A DNA stretch of 60,171 nucleotides from Minisyncoccia bacterium (GTDB lineage Bacteria; Patescibacteriota; Minisyncoccia; Phycocordibacterales; UBA5272). The stretch lies in assembly GCA_038256975.1 (NCBI GenBank), contig JBBSJU010000004.1, positions 1 to 60,171 on the forward strand. The letters run 5' to 3'. This document shows, one piece after another, positions 1 through 9,363 of this stretch (positions within the stretch are counted from its first letter, which is position 1; every line of letters begins with the position of its first letter). A program made the translations under genes and the position numbers. Below the pieces are notes generated by a model. That model searched no databases. It was given only the letters and a program-made list of their open reading frames with translations, and was not told where the DNA came from.

Positions 1-560
1 ACATCACCTCATCTTCTGACGGCACAAAGCTCGCTGCAACAGTACAAGGTGGCTTCATATACACATCCACAGACTCAGGTGCAACATGGACAGAACAAAC
101 GTCTGCTGGGTCACCGAATTGGTTTTTAATGACCTCTTCCTCAGATGGCACAAAGTTAGCCGCAGCCCCATCTAGTGGCTTCATCTACACATCCACAGAC
201 TCAGGTGCAACATGGGCAACCAGTACTGCTGCAGGTTCACGTTTTTGGACGGACATCACCTCATCTTCTGACGGCACAAAGCTCGCTGCAATAGATGACA
301 GTGGCTCCGCATACATCTCCACAGACTCAGGTGCAACATGGGCACAGCACACCATTGCTTCAGGGTCACCATATTCATATGGCATCACCTCATCCTCAGA
401 CGGTACAAAACTTGCTGTAACGGTTAACGGTGGCTTCATCTACACATCCACAGACTCAGGTGCAACATGGGTAGAAGAAACTACTGCGGGTTCACGTTTT
501 TGGTATTACATCACCTCATCTTCTGACGGCACAAAGCTCGCTGCATTTGAATCTGGTGGC
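1..560 (+). repeat. Intragenic near-identical tandem DNA repeats (about 127-nt unit, 252-255-nt super-unit)
   Basis: acatcacctcatcttctgacggcacaaagctcgctgca recurs exactly at 1, 253 and 508. ggcttcat(a/c)tacacatccacagactcaggtgcaacatgg occurs at 51, 177 and 432. Confidence 0.85.
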
Positions 561-1007
561 TACATCTACACCGGAACCACCCCAACTCCAACTCCCACTC
601 CCACTCCCACTCCTGTAGTCACAGGTGGTATTGTTCCTCTCTCTTTTCTTGCGTTCCTTAATGTAAACAATGCACCCGCAGTCGCACCAACACCAGTAAC
701 ACCACCTCCCACCTCAAACATCCCACCTCAAACCCAAGTTCAATACATCTTCACTCGTAACCTCATGCTAAACATGCAGCATGGAGACGTCCTTGAGCTC
801 CAGAAGTATCTTAACGCACAAGGTTTTAAGGTGGCAGTAGCTGGTCCTGGTTCACCAGGAAATGAAACAGATCGCTTTGGCAGATTGACCTATAATGCAC
901 TTATTAAATTTCAAGATGCATATGCTGTAGAAATCTTGAAGCCAAGTGGACTCAAAAAGGGAACAGGATATTTTGGTTCTAGTACGAGAGCATTTATTAA
1001 TAAGTAG
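1..1007 (+). CDS. Asp-box (BNR) repeat surface protein with C-terminal peptidoglycan-binding-like domain; 5' end lies outside the window
   Basis: The frame of ORF 129..1007 stays open back to nt 3. Repeated STDSGATW (SxDxGxTW Asp-box) units alternate with ITSSSDGTKLAA. TPTPTPTPTPTP linker. C-terminal LQKYLNAQGF...DRFGRLTYNALIKFQDAY resembles PG_binding_1. Confidence 0.75.
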   Translation, partial: ITSSSDGTKLAATVQGGFIYTSTDSGATWTEQTSAGSPNWFLMTSSSDGTKLAAAPSSGFIYTSTDSGATWATSTAAGSRFWTDITSSSDGTKLAAIDDSGSAYISTDSGATWAQHTIASGSPYSYGITSSSDGTKLAVTVNGGFIYTSTDSGATWVEETTAGSRFWYYITSSSDGTKLAAFESGGYIYTGTTPTPTPTPTPTPVVTGGIVPLSFLAFLNVNNAPAVAPTPVTPPPTSNIPPQTQVQYIFTRNLMLNMQHGDVLELQKYLNAQGFKVAVAGPGSPGNETDRFGRLTYNALIKFQDAYAVEILKPSGLKKGTGYFGSSTRAFINK

Positions 1008-1064
1008 GAAAGGGGGGTAGATTTAAAAAATAATCATTTTCTGATTGTTTGATATAATTACCAG

Positions 1065-1238
1065 ATGAATCGACAGCTTATATTTTTAATTGGAATTGCA
1101 CTTATTGTTCTTCCGTGGCCACAGATAGCGCTTCCATACGTGATCAAGCTTGTTATTTTTGGCATTTTTGGACTTACCTTGATTTTTCAGACTATGAAAC
1201 GGTCCGCCAGAGCTTCTGTTGCCCCTGAAAAGAAGTAA
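1065..1238 (+). CDS. Small hydrophobic membrane protein (57 aa), below the ORF-track length cut-off
   Basis: ATG 1065 to TAA 1236-1238 gives MNRQLIFLIGIALIVLPWPQIALPYVIKLVIFGIFGLTLIFQTMKR... (two hydrophobic helices). TGaTATAAT at 1050-1058 lies 6 nt before the ATG. Confidence 0.45.
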   Translation: MNRQLIFLIGIALIVLPWPQIALPYVIKLVIFGIFGLTLIFQTMKRSARASVAPEKK

Positions 1239-1306
1239 GGCTTAGGTTGACCACGTGCTAGGAAACCCTTTGACTATATTGAAAAATATTGGTATTGTGT
1301 GTCTCT

Positions 1307-1798
1307 ATGAAGAAAAAAGTAACGGAAGACCTTTCTACGAGTGAAATCGACCCACGTGTATACGAGGTGTCGTTTTGGCTCGTGCCCACGATTTCAGAAT
1401 CGGAGCTTCCTGCACACTTTGATCGCCTTAAAAAGGTGGTTTCTGATGCGCAAGGAGAGTTCATTTCTGAAGAGGCGCCTTACATGCGAGAAATGACCTA
1501 TCAAATGGTTCGTGTCATCGACAATGTAAATAAGCGTTTCAATGACGGATATTTTGGCTGGGTTAAGTTTCGAGCACTCCCACAAAATGCAATTGTAGTT
1601 AAAAACACCTTCGAAAAAGATGTAACGCTTATTCGTTCGCTTTTGGTTGAAACTGTAGAAGAAAATACAACATATACAAAACGCCCTGAAAGCAAAATCA
1701 CCCTTTCTGAGGAAGTTATGGAAGATGTTGCGAGTGCTCCTGAAGCGGTAGTTGCTCCCGAGGTGGCAGTGGAAACAGCTCCCACAAAAGAGGAATAA
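1307..1798 (+). CDS. rpsF: 30S ribosomal protein S6 with acidic C-terminal extension
   Basis: Sits in the conserved rpsF-ssb-rpsR order. YEVSFWLVP...FISEEAPYMREMTYQM...GYFGWVKF is S6-like. Start taken at MKKKV (ATG 1307), not the track start 1289. Confidence 0.8.
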   Translation: MKKKVTEDLSTSEIDPRVYEVSFWLVPTISESELPAHFDRLKKVVSDAQGEFISEEAPYMREMTYQMVRVIDNVNKRFNDGYFGWVKFRALPQNAIVVKNTFEKDVTLIRSLLVETVEENTTYTKRPESKITLSEEVMEDVASAPEAVVAPEVAVETAPTKEE

Positions 1799-1816
1799 TA
1801 CGCTACACTGAAATAT

Positions 1817-2263
1817 ATGTATCTCAATAAAGTGTATCTCATTGGTAATCTCACCCGAGATCCAGAACTGAAATCGCTTCCAACAGGAAATAAAGTAACT
1901 TCGTTTAGTATTGCTACGAATCGTGTTTGGAAAGACGCGAATGGTGCGAAGCAAGAATCAGTAGAATTTCACAATGTTGTGGTTTTTGGTCGCCAAGCAG
2001 AAACTTCAGCTCAGTACCTCAAAAAAGGTCAGCAAGTGATGGTAGAAGGAAGAATTCAAACACGAAGCTGGGATGACAAAACAACAAACGAGAAAAAATA
2101 TCGAACGGAAATTGTTGCTGAGAGTGTCCAATTTGGATCAAAGACGGGAGGAAGCTCTTCCGAAACTGGAGAAGTAAAAGGTCAAGCAATGAGTAGTGAT
2201 GGCAAACTCGACACGATAGAGTACGGAGATGAAGATGTAAACATTAATGATATCCCATTTTAA
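1817..2263 (+). CDS. ssb: Single-stranded DNA-binding protein
   Basis: MYLNKVYLIGNLTRDPELK...FHNVVVFGRQAE OB-fold signature, Gly/Ser-rich linker and the canonical acidic C-terminal tip DIPF. Confidence 0.93.
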   Translation: MYLNKVYLIGNLTRDPELKSLPTGNKVTSFSIATNRVWKDANGAKQESVEFHNVVVFGRQAETSAQYLKKGQQVMVEGRIQTRSWDDKTTNEKKYRTEIVAESVQFGSKTGGSSSETGEVKGQAMSSDGKLDTIEYGDEDVNINDIPF

Positions 2264-2267
2264 AAGT

Positions 2268-2471
2268 ATGAAAAAAGCAGATTACTTCAACGCAAACAAC
2301 ATTCAGCATATCGATTACAAAGACGTAGAGATTATTAAAAAGTTTTTGAATCCAAACGCACGTATGCTTTCACGACGGAAGTCAGGACTTACTGCAAAGA
2401 ACCAACGACTTCTCTCCATGGCGGTAAAACGAGCACGATTCATGGGACTTCTCCCGTACGTTGCGCAATAG
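2268..2471 (+). CDS. rpsR: 30S ribosomal protein S18
   Basis: IDYKDVEIIKKFLNPNARMLSRRKSGLTAKNQRLLSMAVKRARFMGLLPY is a typical S18 core. Start taken at MKKADY (ATG 2268). Confidence 0.9.
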   Translation: MKKADYFNANNIQHIDYKDVEIIKKFLNPNARMLSRRKSGLTAKNQRLLSMAVKRARFMGLLPYVAQ

Positions 2472-2569
2472 TTGGACTTCACCGTCCACTCATAAGTAGT
2501 TTTTCTTTACGGAGACCTCTCCCTACCCAAAGAAAAAATCTTATTCGTTTCCATGTGTGAGTGATACTA

Positions 2570-2596
2570 AAAATCCGTCCGCTTGGGCGGATTTTT
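2570..2596 (+). terminator. Rho-independent terminator after rpsR
   Basis: aaatccg(t)cc-gcttg-ggcggattt stem-loop followed by a T run. Confidence 0.7.
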
Positions 2597-2598
2597 GC

Positions 2599-2604
2599 TA
2601 TACT
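2599..2604 (+). promoter_or_regulatory. -10 box (TATACT) 7 nt upstream of ATG 2612; leaderless-type promoter
   Basis: tgcTATACTgtaattaATG, with no Shine-Dalgarno sequence possible in the 7-nt gap. Confidence 0.55.
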
Positions 2605-2611
2605 GTAATTA

Positions 2612-4516
2612 ATGAACCTCGATGAGAAGGTAACATATTTTGCTGAAACTGATTTTCGAAACAAGAAGACGAAGTTTGGCATAAAAAACAAAGATCGAAG
2701 TCGTCACATGTATGTGATTGGTATGACAGGTATGGGAAAATCAACCATGCTTGAAAACCTTGCCATTCAAGATATTCAAAGTGGTGAAGGTGTTGCATTT
2801 ATTGACCCGCACGGTGGAACGGCAGAAAAACTCCTTTCATACATTCCAGAGCATCGAGTACAAGACGTAGTGTATTTTGCGCCATTTGATTCAGACTATC
2901 CGATATCTTTTAATGTACTTGACGACGTTGATCCAAAACGACGACACCTTGTTGTGGGCGGTCTCATGAGTGCTTTCAAAAAGATTTGGGTTGATGCATG
3001 GTCGGCCCGCATGGAATATATTTTGCAAAATATATTGCACGCACTCCTTGAATACCCAGGGGCTACTCTTTTAGGGGTGAATAGGATGTTGTCCGATAAA
3101 GATTTTCGAAAGAAAGTTGTCGACAATGTTACCGATCCTTCGGTGAAGGCTTTTTGGGTTGAAGAATACGCAAAGTATACCGATAAATTTGCCGCTGAAG
3201 CTGCACCGGCCATTCAAAATAAAGTTGGGCAGTTTACCGGGAATCCTTTGATTCGAAATTTAGTAGGGCAACCGAAGTCGTCATTTGATATTCGTGAGCT
3301 TATGGACAACAGAAAGATTTTGATTATGAACCTTTCAAAGGGTCGTATGGGCGAAGACAACTCAAATCTCATTGGCTCAATGCTTATTACCAAAATGTAT
3401 CTTGCAGCTATGAGTCGTGCTGATTCTACTGAAAACGAAATGCGCGAACTGCCGTCATTTAACTTTTATGTAGATGAGTTTCAATCATTTGCGAGTGACT
3501 CTTTCGCAAATATTTTATCCGAAGCTCGAAAGTATAAGCTCAACCTCACGATTGCACACCAGTATGTGGAGCAGATGTCGGATGAAGTGAAGGCTGCAGT
3601 CTTTGGAAATGTGGGCAGTATGGTAGTCTTTCGAGTTGGATCAACTGATGCAGAAATATTTGAAAAAGAATTTGCACCGTATTTTATGTTGGAAGATATT
3701 GTTAGTCTGGGGCAACGACAAATATATTTACGTCTCATGATAGATGGAGTTGGCTCACAGCCATTTTCTGCAACTACTTTACCACCCATTATGCCACCAG
3801 AGGTAGCATACAGGCAGCAAGTTATTGATGCTTCTCGAATGAAATTTGCACGTAAAAAAGATGACGTTGAAAAAGAAATTCGTGATTGGCACGCTCCGGT
3901 TTTGTTTACTCAAGATGATCGTATGCGTGATATCCAAAAAGGTGAACAGGCAAGAATGGCAAAAGGCATTTCACCACGTGGAACCTTTCAATCTCAAGCG
4001 ACGTATTATCCTAAAAGTGAACAAACGGTAACTCAGACAGCGTCTCAAGTGCCCCAACAAGTAAAGAAAAATGAGTTCGCTCATCCAGTGAAAACCCAGT
4101 CGCCAAGTCAGTTTTCAAGACCAATAGCATCTCCTCAAAAACAGACAATACAAAATGTTTCTTCTCCAAACACAAGCTTGCGAGATGCTTTGCAAAAAGA
4201 AATACAGAGTGTGAAAAGTCCTGTTCAAAAGCCTGAGGAGAAAAAAGACAAAGACATTGGGAATCGAGAGGGAAGAGTATCACTGTCTTCTCTGCTTGCT
4301 TCACAGAATCAATCTAAAACTCACGTAGTAGATGCGAAAAATAAAACTGATTTAAAGGAAAGTATCAATCAAATAACTCAGAAAACTACCCCAAGGCAAC
4401 CTTTTGTTGATACGCAGAGCCAGGAAAAGAAACAAGAAACCCAAAAGAGTTTGGATTTACCGGCAAAAAAAAGTGGTGAAATTCCAGCAGATGTGTTGAA
4501 AAAGTTACTTGAGTAG
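2612..4516 (+). CDS. TraD/TrwB/VirD4-like (type IV coupling protein family) P-loop ATPase with low-complexity C-terminal tail
   Basis: Walker A GMTGMGKST. Walker B-like FNFYVDEFQSF. AHQYVEQMSDEVKAAVFGNVGSMVVFRVG core. The last ~200 aa are Q/S/K/T-rich. Confidence 0.7.
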   Translation: MNLDEKVTYFAETDFRNKKTKFGIKNKDRSRHMYVIGMTGMGKSTMLENLAIQDIQSGEGVAFIDPHGGTAEKLLSYIPEHRVQDVVYFAPFDSDYPISFNVLDDVDPKRRHLVVGGLMSAFKKIWVDAWSARMEYILQNILHALLEYPGATLLGVNRMLSDKDFRKKVVDNVTDPSVKAFWVEEYAKYTDKFAAEAAPAIQNKVGQFTGNPLIRNLVGQPKSSFDIRELMDNRKILIMNLSKGRMGEDNSNLIGSMLITKMYLAAMSRADSTENEMRELPSFNFYVDEFQSFASDSFANILSEARKYKLNLTIAHQYVEQMSDEVKAAVFGNVGSMVVFRVGSTDAEIFEKEFAPYFMLEDIVSLGQRQIYLRLMIDGVGSQPFSATTLPPIMPPEVAYRQQVIDASRMKFARKKDDVEKEIRDWHAPVLFTQDDRMRDIQKGEQARMAKGISPRGTFQSQATYYPKSEQTVTQTASQVPQQVKKNEFAHPVKTQSPSQFSRPIASPQKQTIQNVSSPNTSLRDALQKEIQSVKSPVQKPEEKKDKDIGNREGRVSLSSLLASQNQSKTHVVDAKNKTDLKESINQITQKTTPRQPFVDTQSQEKKQETQKSLDLPAKKSGEIPADVLKKLLE

Positions 4517-4543
4517 TTGTTTTCTTGATTATATAATTAACCA

Positions 4544-6058
4544 ATGAATAGGGCCGTTGCTCTTGCGTTTCTTTTATTCATTACAACGTCTTTTGTACGT
4601 GGACAGCTGGTAATTACCGAAGTAATGTATGATCCATCTGGATCTGATACGGGACGAGAATGGGTGGAAGTACAAAATACAAGCGGGGGCACGATTAATT
4701 TTACGACCTGGAAATTTTTTGAAGCAAATGTAAATCATGGTATTGAACAAATAGACGGATATGCCGCGGAATTAACAGCCAATGAATATGGTGTCGTGGT
4801 CTCTGATAAAACCAAGTTTCTCATTGATTTCCCAAGTTTTTCTGGCAAGATTTTCAAATCTTCTTTTTCACTAAGTAATACTGGAGAGGTACTTGCTTTT
4901 AAAAATGACGCTGGTGTTGTGGTGGATGAATATTTGTATGACGTTTCTCTTGGTGGTGCGGGTGACGGGAACAGTCTTCAGAAAAGAACAACTTGGACTG
5001 CAGCACTGCCAACTCCTGGAATCGCAACGGGTGGTTCGGGAGGACAAACCAACGCAACAACTACTCCATCGGGCGGAGAAACTACAGTACAGGGGACTGG
5101 CCCAGCAGGCACAGGTTTTGAAAGTACATATACTGCACCGCGACAACTTTTTGGAAGTATAATTACCCCGCAGATTGCTTTTGTAGGTGCGGATACAGTT
5201 TTACGCGCCCAAGCTTTTGTTTCTGGGGGCAAAAGCGCTCTTAATCCTTTATTTACGTGGAATTTTGGAGACGGCGCCATTGGACATGGATCAGTAGTGA
5301 CACATCAATATAAATATCCAGGAACGTATCATATAGCACTTGAAATCATGGCCTCAGTTGATACGGTGAACGCTTCTGCTTTGGAGCATCTGTCTTTAGT
5401 GGTTCTTACCCCAGACGTCTCTGTATCTACAGGGAGCGATGAGCATGGTGGAACCTACGTGCGCATTGAAAACAAGTCAAAATATCTTCTGGATATTTCA
5501 TCATGGGTTGTCCGAAAAGGAGGTATTGAAGGCGAGCAGTACATTTTCCCGAAGAATACTTTTATTGCGCCTTTTGCAGCACTGCGTATCCCTCAAGAAA
5601 TTACGCAATTTAAAAATGATGGCACTGTAAAACCAATTGTAGTTTTATTTCCCAATAAAGGAGTGGTGGCATACTATGACCCAACAAAGGTAACAACGAG
5701 CCTGGCGATAGCCACTTCTTCACCTCCACCGTTACCACTAAAGACATACATGGTGAACACCGCAGTTTCAAATAAAAAGCTCGCAACTAAGACAAGTGAT
5801 GATCACCCCTCTGTTGCTTCACGCGAAGTAGGAGTAACCTCTTCGTTGATGACCCAGATGGTCTCGAAGGAAGATGTCTCTTCAACATTTGAATCTCCTC
5901 TTATTGCAGCGGCAGAAGCATCCCACGAAGATAGGACTTCTGTGTTATGGTATATTTTACCACTCCTCGTGCTTGTTGGTACGGCAGGAATATTCTTAAG
6001 AACGAAGAAAGAAGATACTGCGGTGGACGAATATACGATTATTGATGACGGAAAATAA
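4544..6058 (+). CDS. Secreted/anchored surface protein with lamin-tail (LTD) and PKD-like domains
   Basis: Signal-like MNRAVALAFLLFITTSFVRG. LTD-like LVITEVMYDPSGSDTGREWVEVQN...LSNTGEVLAFKN. PKD-like FTWNFGDGAIGHGSVVTHQYKYPGTYHIALE. C-terminal TM VLWYILPLLVLVGTAGIFL. TATAAT at 4532-4537 lies 6 nt before the ATG. Confidence 0.7.
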   Translation: MNRAVALAFLLFITTSFVRGQLVITEVMYDPSGSDTGREWVEVQNTSGGTINFTTWKFFEANVNHGIEQIDGYAAELTANEYGVVVSDKTKFLIDFPSFSGKIFKSSFSLSNTGEVLAFKNDAGVVVDEYLYDVSLGGAGDGNSLQKRTTWTAALPTPGIATGGSGGQTNATTTPSGGETTVQGTGPAGTGFESTYTAPRQLFGSIITPQIAFVGADTVLRAQAFVSGGKSALNPLFTWNFGDGAIGHGSVVTHQYKYPGTYHIALEIMASVDTVNASALEHLSLVVLTPDVSVSTGSDEHGGTYVRIENKSKYLLDISSWVVRKGGIEGEQYIFPKNTFIAPFAALRIPQEITQFKNDGTVKPIVVLFPNKGVVAYYDPTKVTTSLAIATSSPPPLPLKTYMVNTAVSNKKLATKTSDDHPSVASREVGVTSSLMTQMVSKEDVSSTFESPLIAAAEASHEDRTSVLWYILPLLVLVGTAGIFLRTKKEDTAVDEYTIIDDGK

Positions 6059-7223
6059 TAAACAACCGAAAAAAATTCTCATTTTCTCAATGAGTTACTA
6101 CCCACGTTTTGTGGGTGGGGCAGAGGTTGCGCTCCGAGAAATCACCGATCGTCTCAATCCCGTAGATTTTGAATTTCATCTCATTACTCTTCGATATGAC
6201 AACCTTCTCCCGAAACAAGAAAAAATAGGAAATATTATTGTGCACAGAATCGGTTTTTCTAAAAAGAGTCCAACCTTTGAAAATTTACGGACGTTGCCGC
6301 TAAGATTGAATAAGGCCCTGTATCAATTCTGGGCACCGTGTGTTGGATTTTGGTTGCATAGAAAATTGAAGTTTGAAAAAGTTTGGTCGATGATGGCCCA
6401 CAGTGCCGGCATACCAGGGAGTATTTTCTCTCGAATTTCTGGGGCGCCACTCTTACTTACTCTTCAAGAGGGCGACCCAACGGAGCATATTGAAAAACAA
6501 ATGAGAATATTTGGACCTCTTTTTTCTGGCGTGTTCAAACAGGCAAAACAAATTCAAACCATCTCTTTATTTCTAAAAGAATGGGCTCTCCATATGAAAG
6601 CCAAAGTTTTTCCTGTGGTTGTGCCAAATGGTGTTGATGCAGGAGAGTTTCTTCCATCAACTCAGAGCGTTAAAAATGAAGAGTTTCGACTTATTACAAC
6701 CTCACGATTGGTGCCAAAAAATGGTGTTGATGTGGTAATTGAGGCAATGGCAAAACTCCCAGAAAGTGTACATTTCGACATTGTTGGTGATGGATTTCAA
6801 AGAGAAGACCTCGAAAGAAAAGTTACTGAACATGGTTTACAAAAAAGAGTAGTCTTTCATGGTCAAAAAGAAAAGAAGGAGGTGATACAACTTCTTCAAT
6901 CCGCACAGGTTTTCATTCGCCCTTCTCGATCAGAAGGTCTAGGGAATTCCTTCTTAGAAGCAATGGCGGTTGGATTACCGGTAATCGGAACACCTGTTGG
7001 CGGAATACCAGATTTTCTTTTTGACCCACGTACGCATGATGATAAAGCAACAGGACTTTTTTGTGAGAACGAAGATCCAGAGAGTATTGTTCGGTGTATA
7101 GAAAGACTTATGTCTGATGAAGTGTTATACAAAAATCTTTGCACCAATGCAAAAATACTTGTAAGAGAAAGATATTCTTGGGATGGGATTGCTCTTAAGA
7201 TGAAAGAATTATTATTTATATGA
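6045..7223 (+). CDS. Glycosyltransferase, GT4-like
   Basis: SRSEGLGNSFLEAMAVGLPVIGTPVGGIPDFL donor-binding region. KILIFSMSYYPRFVGGAEV N-terminus. ATG 6045 overlaps the upstream gene end. Confidence 0.8.
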   Translation: MTENNKQPKKILIFSMSYYPRFVGGAEVALREITDRLNPVDFEFHLITLRYDNLLPKQEKIGNIIVHRIGFSKKSPTFENLRTLPLRLNKALYQFWAPCVGFWLHRKLKFEKVWSMMAHSAGIPGSIFSRISGAPLLLTLQEGDPTEHIEKQMRIFGPLFSGVFKQAKQIQTISLFLKEWALHMKAKVFPVVVPNGVDAGEFLPSTQSVKNEEFRLITTSRLVPKNGVDVVIEAMAKLPESVHFDIVGDGFQREDLERKVTEHGLQKRVVFHGQKEKKEVIQLLQSAQVFIRPSRSEGLGNSFLEAMAVGLPVIGTPVGGIPDFLFDPRTHDDKATGLFCENEDPESIVRCIERLMSDEVLYKNLCTNAKILVRERYSWDGIALKMKELLFI

Positions 7224-8242
7224 AAGTAGGAAACATTCTCCTTGTATCAGCATTTTTTCCACCATCGATAGGTGGACCAGCTACTTTTATTGCAGCAATC
7301 GGAAAAGAGTTTGAAGAGAAAGGGTATGAGGTTGCCTATGCAAACCTTGAACCGTATAAAAAGTTTTCAAGACTCACACAAACGTTTTTGTTTTTACGTG
7401 ATATGTGGGAAAGGATTGGCGATGCTGACAGAGTGTTAATTGCAGATACGTGGAGTGTTCTTATTCCTGCGGTGTGGGTATGTAGATTGCGAAATAAAAA
7501 GTATACAGTCCGGATTGGCGGTGACTATGTGTGGGAGATGTATATTGCGCGAACAAAAGAGCGTCTACAACTTTCTGCATTCTACACTGTCTCGCGGGGG
7601 CTTTCTTACAAGGAAAGATTTTCTTATTTTTTGATTCGTAAGACACTTGCACGTGCCGAGATGGTTATTTTTAATACGAATTGGCAAAGGGAGATTTGGG
7701 AGAAGCCTTATAACTTAGAAAAAACAAAGACAGGTGTGGTGCAGAACTCTCTCGTTACAGGAATTGTTCCGTATGCTTGGAAAAATGGAATGCAAAAAAT
7801 AATGCGTTGTCCGGTGCGTGCATCTGAATTTAAGAATGTGAAAACCCTTAAGAAGGTTTGGGATACATTGTCTCAGGATTATCCCGACGTCACTCTTTCC
7901 TTTGAGTATATTCATCCAGAAAAGAGAGCGGATATTTTGGCACAGACATATGCAGTCATACAACCTTCAGTAAGCGATGTCGCTCCAAATCTTATTTGTG
8001 AGAGTGTGGCGAGCGGATGTCCTTTTATTTGCACCGCAGATACCGGCATCCGTGAACTTTTTCCGAAAGGCCTAGGTTTTTATTTTGAGACCTCAGATGA
8101 AGATTCCATACGCCAAGGACTTCAAATGATGCTAAACGAAAGTTTTCACAATGAGCAGGTGCAAAAATTAGCAGTATGTAAAATATCAAGAACGTATGAA
8201 ATGTTGGCTGAGGAATATCGTCAATTATGGAACAAAATATAA
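7220..8242 (+). CDS. Glycosyltransferase-like protein (divergent GT-B fold)
   Basis: ILLVSAFFPPSIGGPATF N-terminus. ICESVASGCPFICTADTGIRELF resembles a GT-B C-terminal motif. ATGA overlap with the upstream stop. Confidence 0.5.
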   Translation: MKVGNILLVSAFFPPSIGGPATFIAAIGKEFEEKGYEVAYANLEPYKKFSRLTQTFLFLRDMWERIGDADRVLIADTWSVLIPAVWVCRLRNKKYTVRIGGDYVWEMYIARTKERLQLSAFYTVSRGLSYKERFSYFLIRKTLARAEMVIFNTNWQREIWEKPYNLEKTKTGVVQNSLVTGIVPYAWKNGMQKIMRCPVRASEFKNVKTLKKVWDTLSQDYPDVTLSFEYIHPEKRADILAQTYAVIQPSVSDVAPNLICESVASGCPFICTADTGIRELFPKGLGFYFETSDEDSIRQGLQMMLNESFHNEQVQKLAVCKISRTYEMLAEEYRQLWNKI

Positions 8243-9363
8243 AAAACAAAAATATATATCTTGTTATGCTTGGGCAAGACGGAGCACTTCTTAGTGAATC
8301 ATCCGAAGCTATGGAGCGTACCCTCGCGTATGCCGAACATTTTTCAGGTATACATGCGTATGTTTTTGCCAGGAAAATCTCTAGGCGTGAAGGCGCACAA
8401 AAGAATCTTTTCATACGAGGTTTTTCTACACTATCGCAATCAATATCTGGTTTTTTCAGAATTTGGAAAGATGTAAGAGCGTTAAAAAATAAAGGATTTC
8501 AGATTGTCATCACTACACAAGACCCATTTGAAATTGGCTTAGTAGGGCTTATTATTTCTCGTCTTACAAAGACACCACTTCATGTTCAGATCCACACAGA
8601 TATTAGTAGCGTACATATGCAGCGAGAGAGTATGCGAACTCGCGTGCAATATCTTCTCAGTCTTTTTGTTCTGGTGCGGGCAGACAGAATACGGGTTGTG
8701 TCTCAACGACTTGAGCATTTTTGTAAACAAAAATTAGGCATTCCGGAGGAAATAATAGACTTGGTACCTATGTTTTATAAACGTGGAATCAAACAGACTG
8801 CGGTAAGTTTTAATACAAAACCACACACGATTATTTTACCTGCACGGTTTGTGTGGTTTAAAAGAATACCGATTGCTCTTGAGGCATTTTCACTCGCTCT
8901 ACAAAAGAATAAGAATATTCGACTGCACATTATTGGCGCTGGGCCTTTAAAGCATGAAATAGAAAAAACTATTTCCGCGCTAAAGATATCAGAATATGTT
9001 GAGATCATTCCTTGGATGAAGGCAGAAGAATTGTATCAAAATGCTTCGCTCACACTTATTTCTTCTGTATACGAAGGCTGGTGTCGGGTCGCCGTTGAGT
9101 CTGTTGAGGCAAGTGTGCCCGTTGTTATGACAGATGTTGGCTGTGCTCAGGAATTTATTCAAGACGGCAAAGAGGGAATTATTGTGCCAATTGAAGATCC
9201 GAGAACGCTCGGAGATGCTATAGGAAAAATATTTGAAAATGAGGACACGTATATGGCATTTAAAAACGCATGCATCCAAGCAGGCGCGACTATAGATTCA
9301 TTTGATACGTATCAAATGAAGGTTGTTAGATCGTGGGCCGCCCTTATTTCTCAAGTAGAATAA
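8227..9363 (+). CDS. Glycosyltransferase, GT4-like
   Basis: SSVYEGWCRVAVESVEASVPVVMTDVGCAQEFIQDGKEGIIVP. 16-nt overlap with the upstream gene. Confidence 0.75.
   Translation: MEQNIKNKNIYLVMLGQDGALLSESSEAMERTLAYAEHFSGIHAYVFARKISRREGAQKNLFIRGFSTLSQSISGFFRIWKDVRALKNKGFQIVITTQDPFEIGLVGLIISRLTKTPLHVQIHTDISSVHMQRESMRTRVQYLLSLFVLVRADRIRVVSQRLEHFCKQKLGIPEEIIDLVPMFYKRGIKQTAVSFNTKPHTIILPARFVWFKRIPIALEAFSLALQKNKNIRLHIIGAGPLKHEIEKTISALKISEYVEIIPWMKAEELYQNASLTLISSVYEGWCRVAVESVEASVPVVMTDVGCAQEFIQDGKEGIIVPIEDPRTLGDAIGKIFENEDTYMAFKNACIQAGATIDSFDTYQMKVVRSWAALISQVE

Noticed and set aside
185-439. Minus-strand 84-aa ORF inside the Asp-box repeat gene. Similar antisense or alternate-frame shadow ORFs occur elsewhere in the track, for example 1394..1954, 2896..3213, 11543..12028, 15530..15931, 24354..24755, 44556..44936, 49421..49699, 53087..53464 and 55121..55498.
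   Set aside because: Each lies entirely within a longer ORF that has clear family motifs. None has a start context, and their compositions are low-complexity. They look like typical shadow ORFs.
577-612. cca act / ccc act microsatellite-like repeat.
   Set aside because: It is in frame and encodes a Thr-Pro linker (TPTPTPTPTPTP) between domains, so it is a coding low-complexity linker rather than a non-coding repeat.
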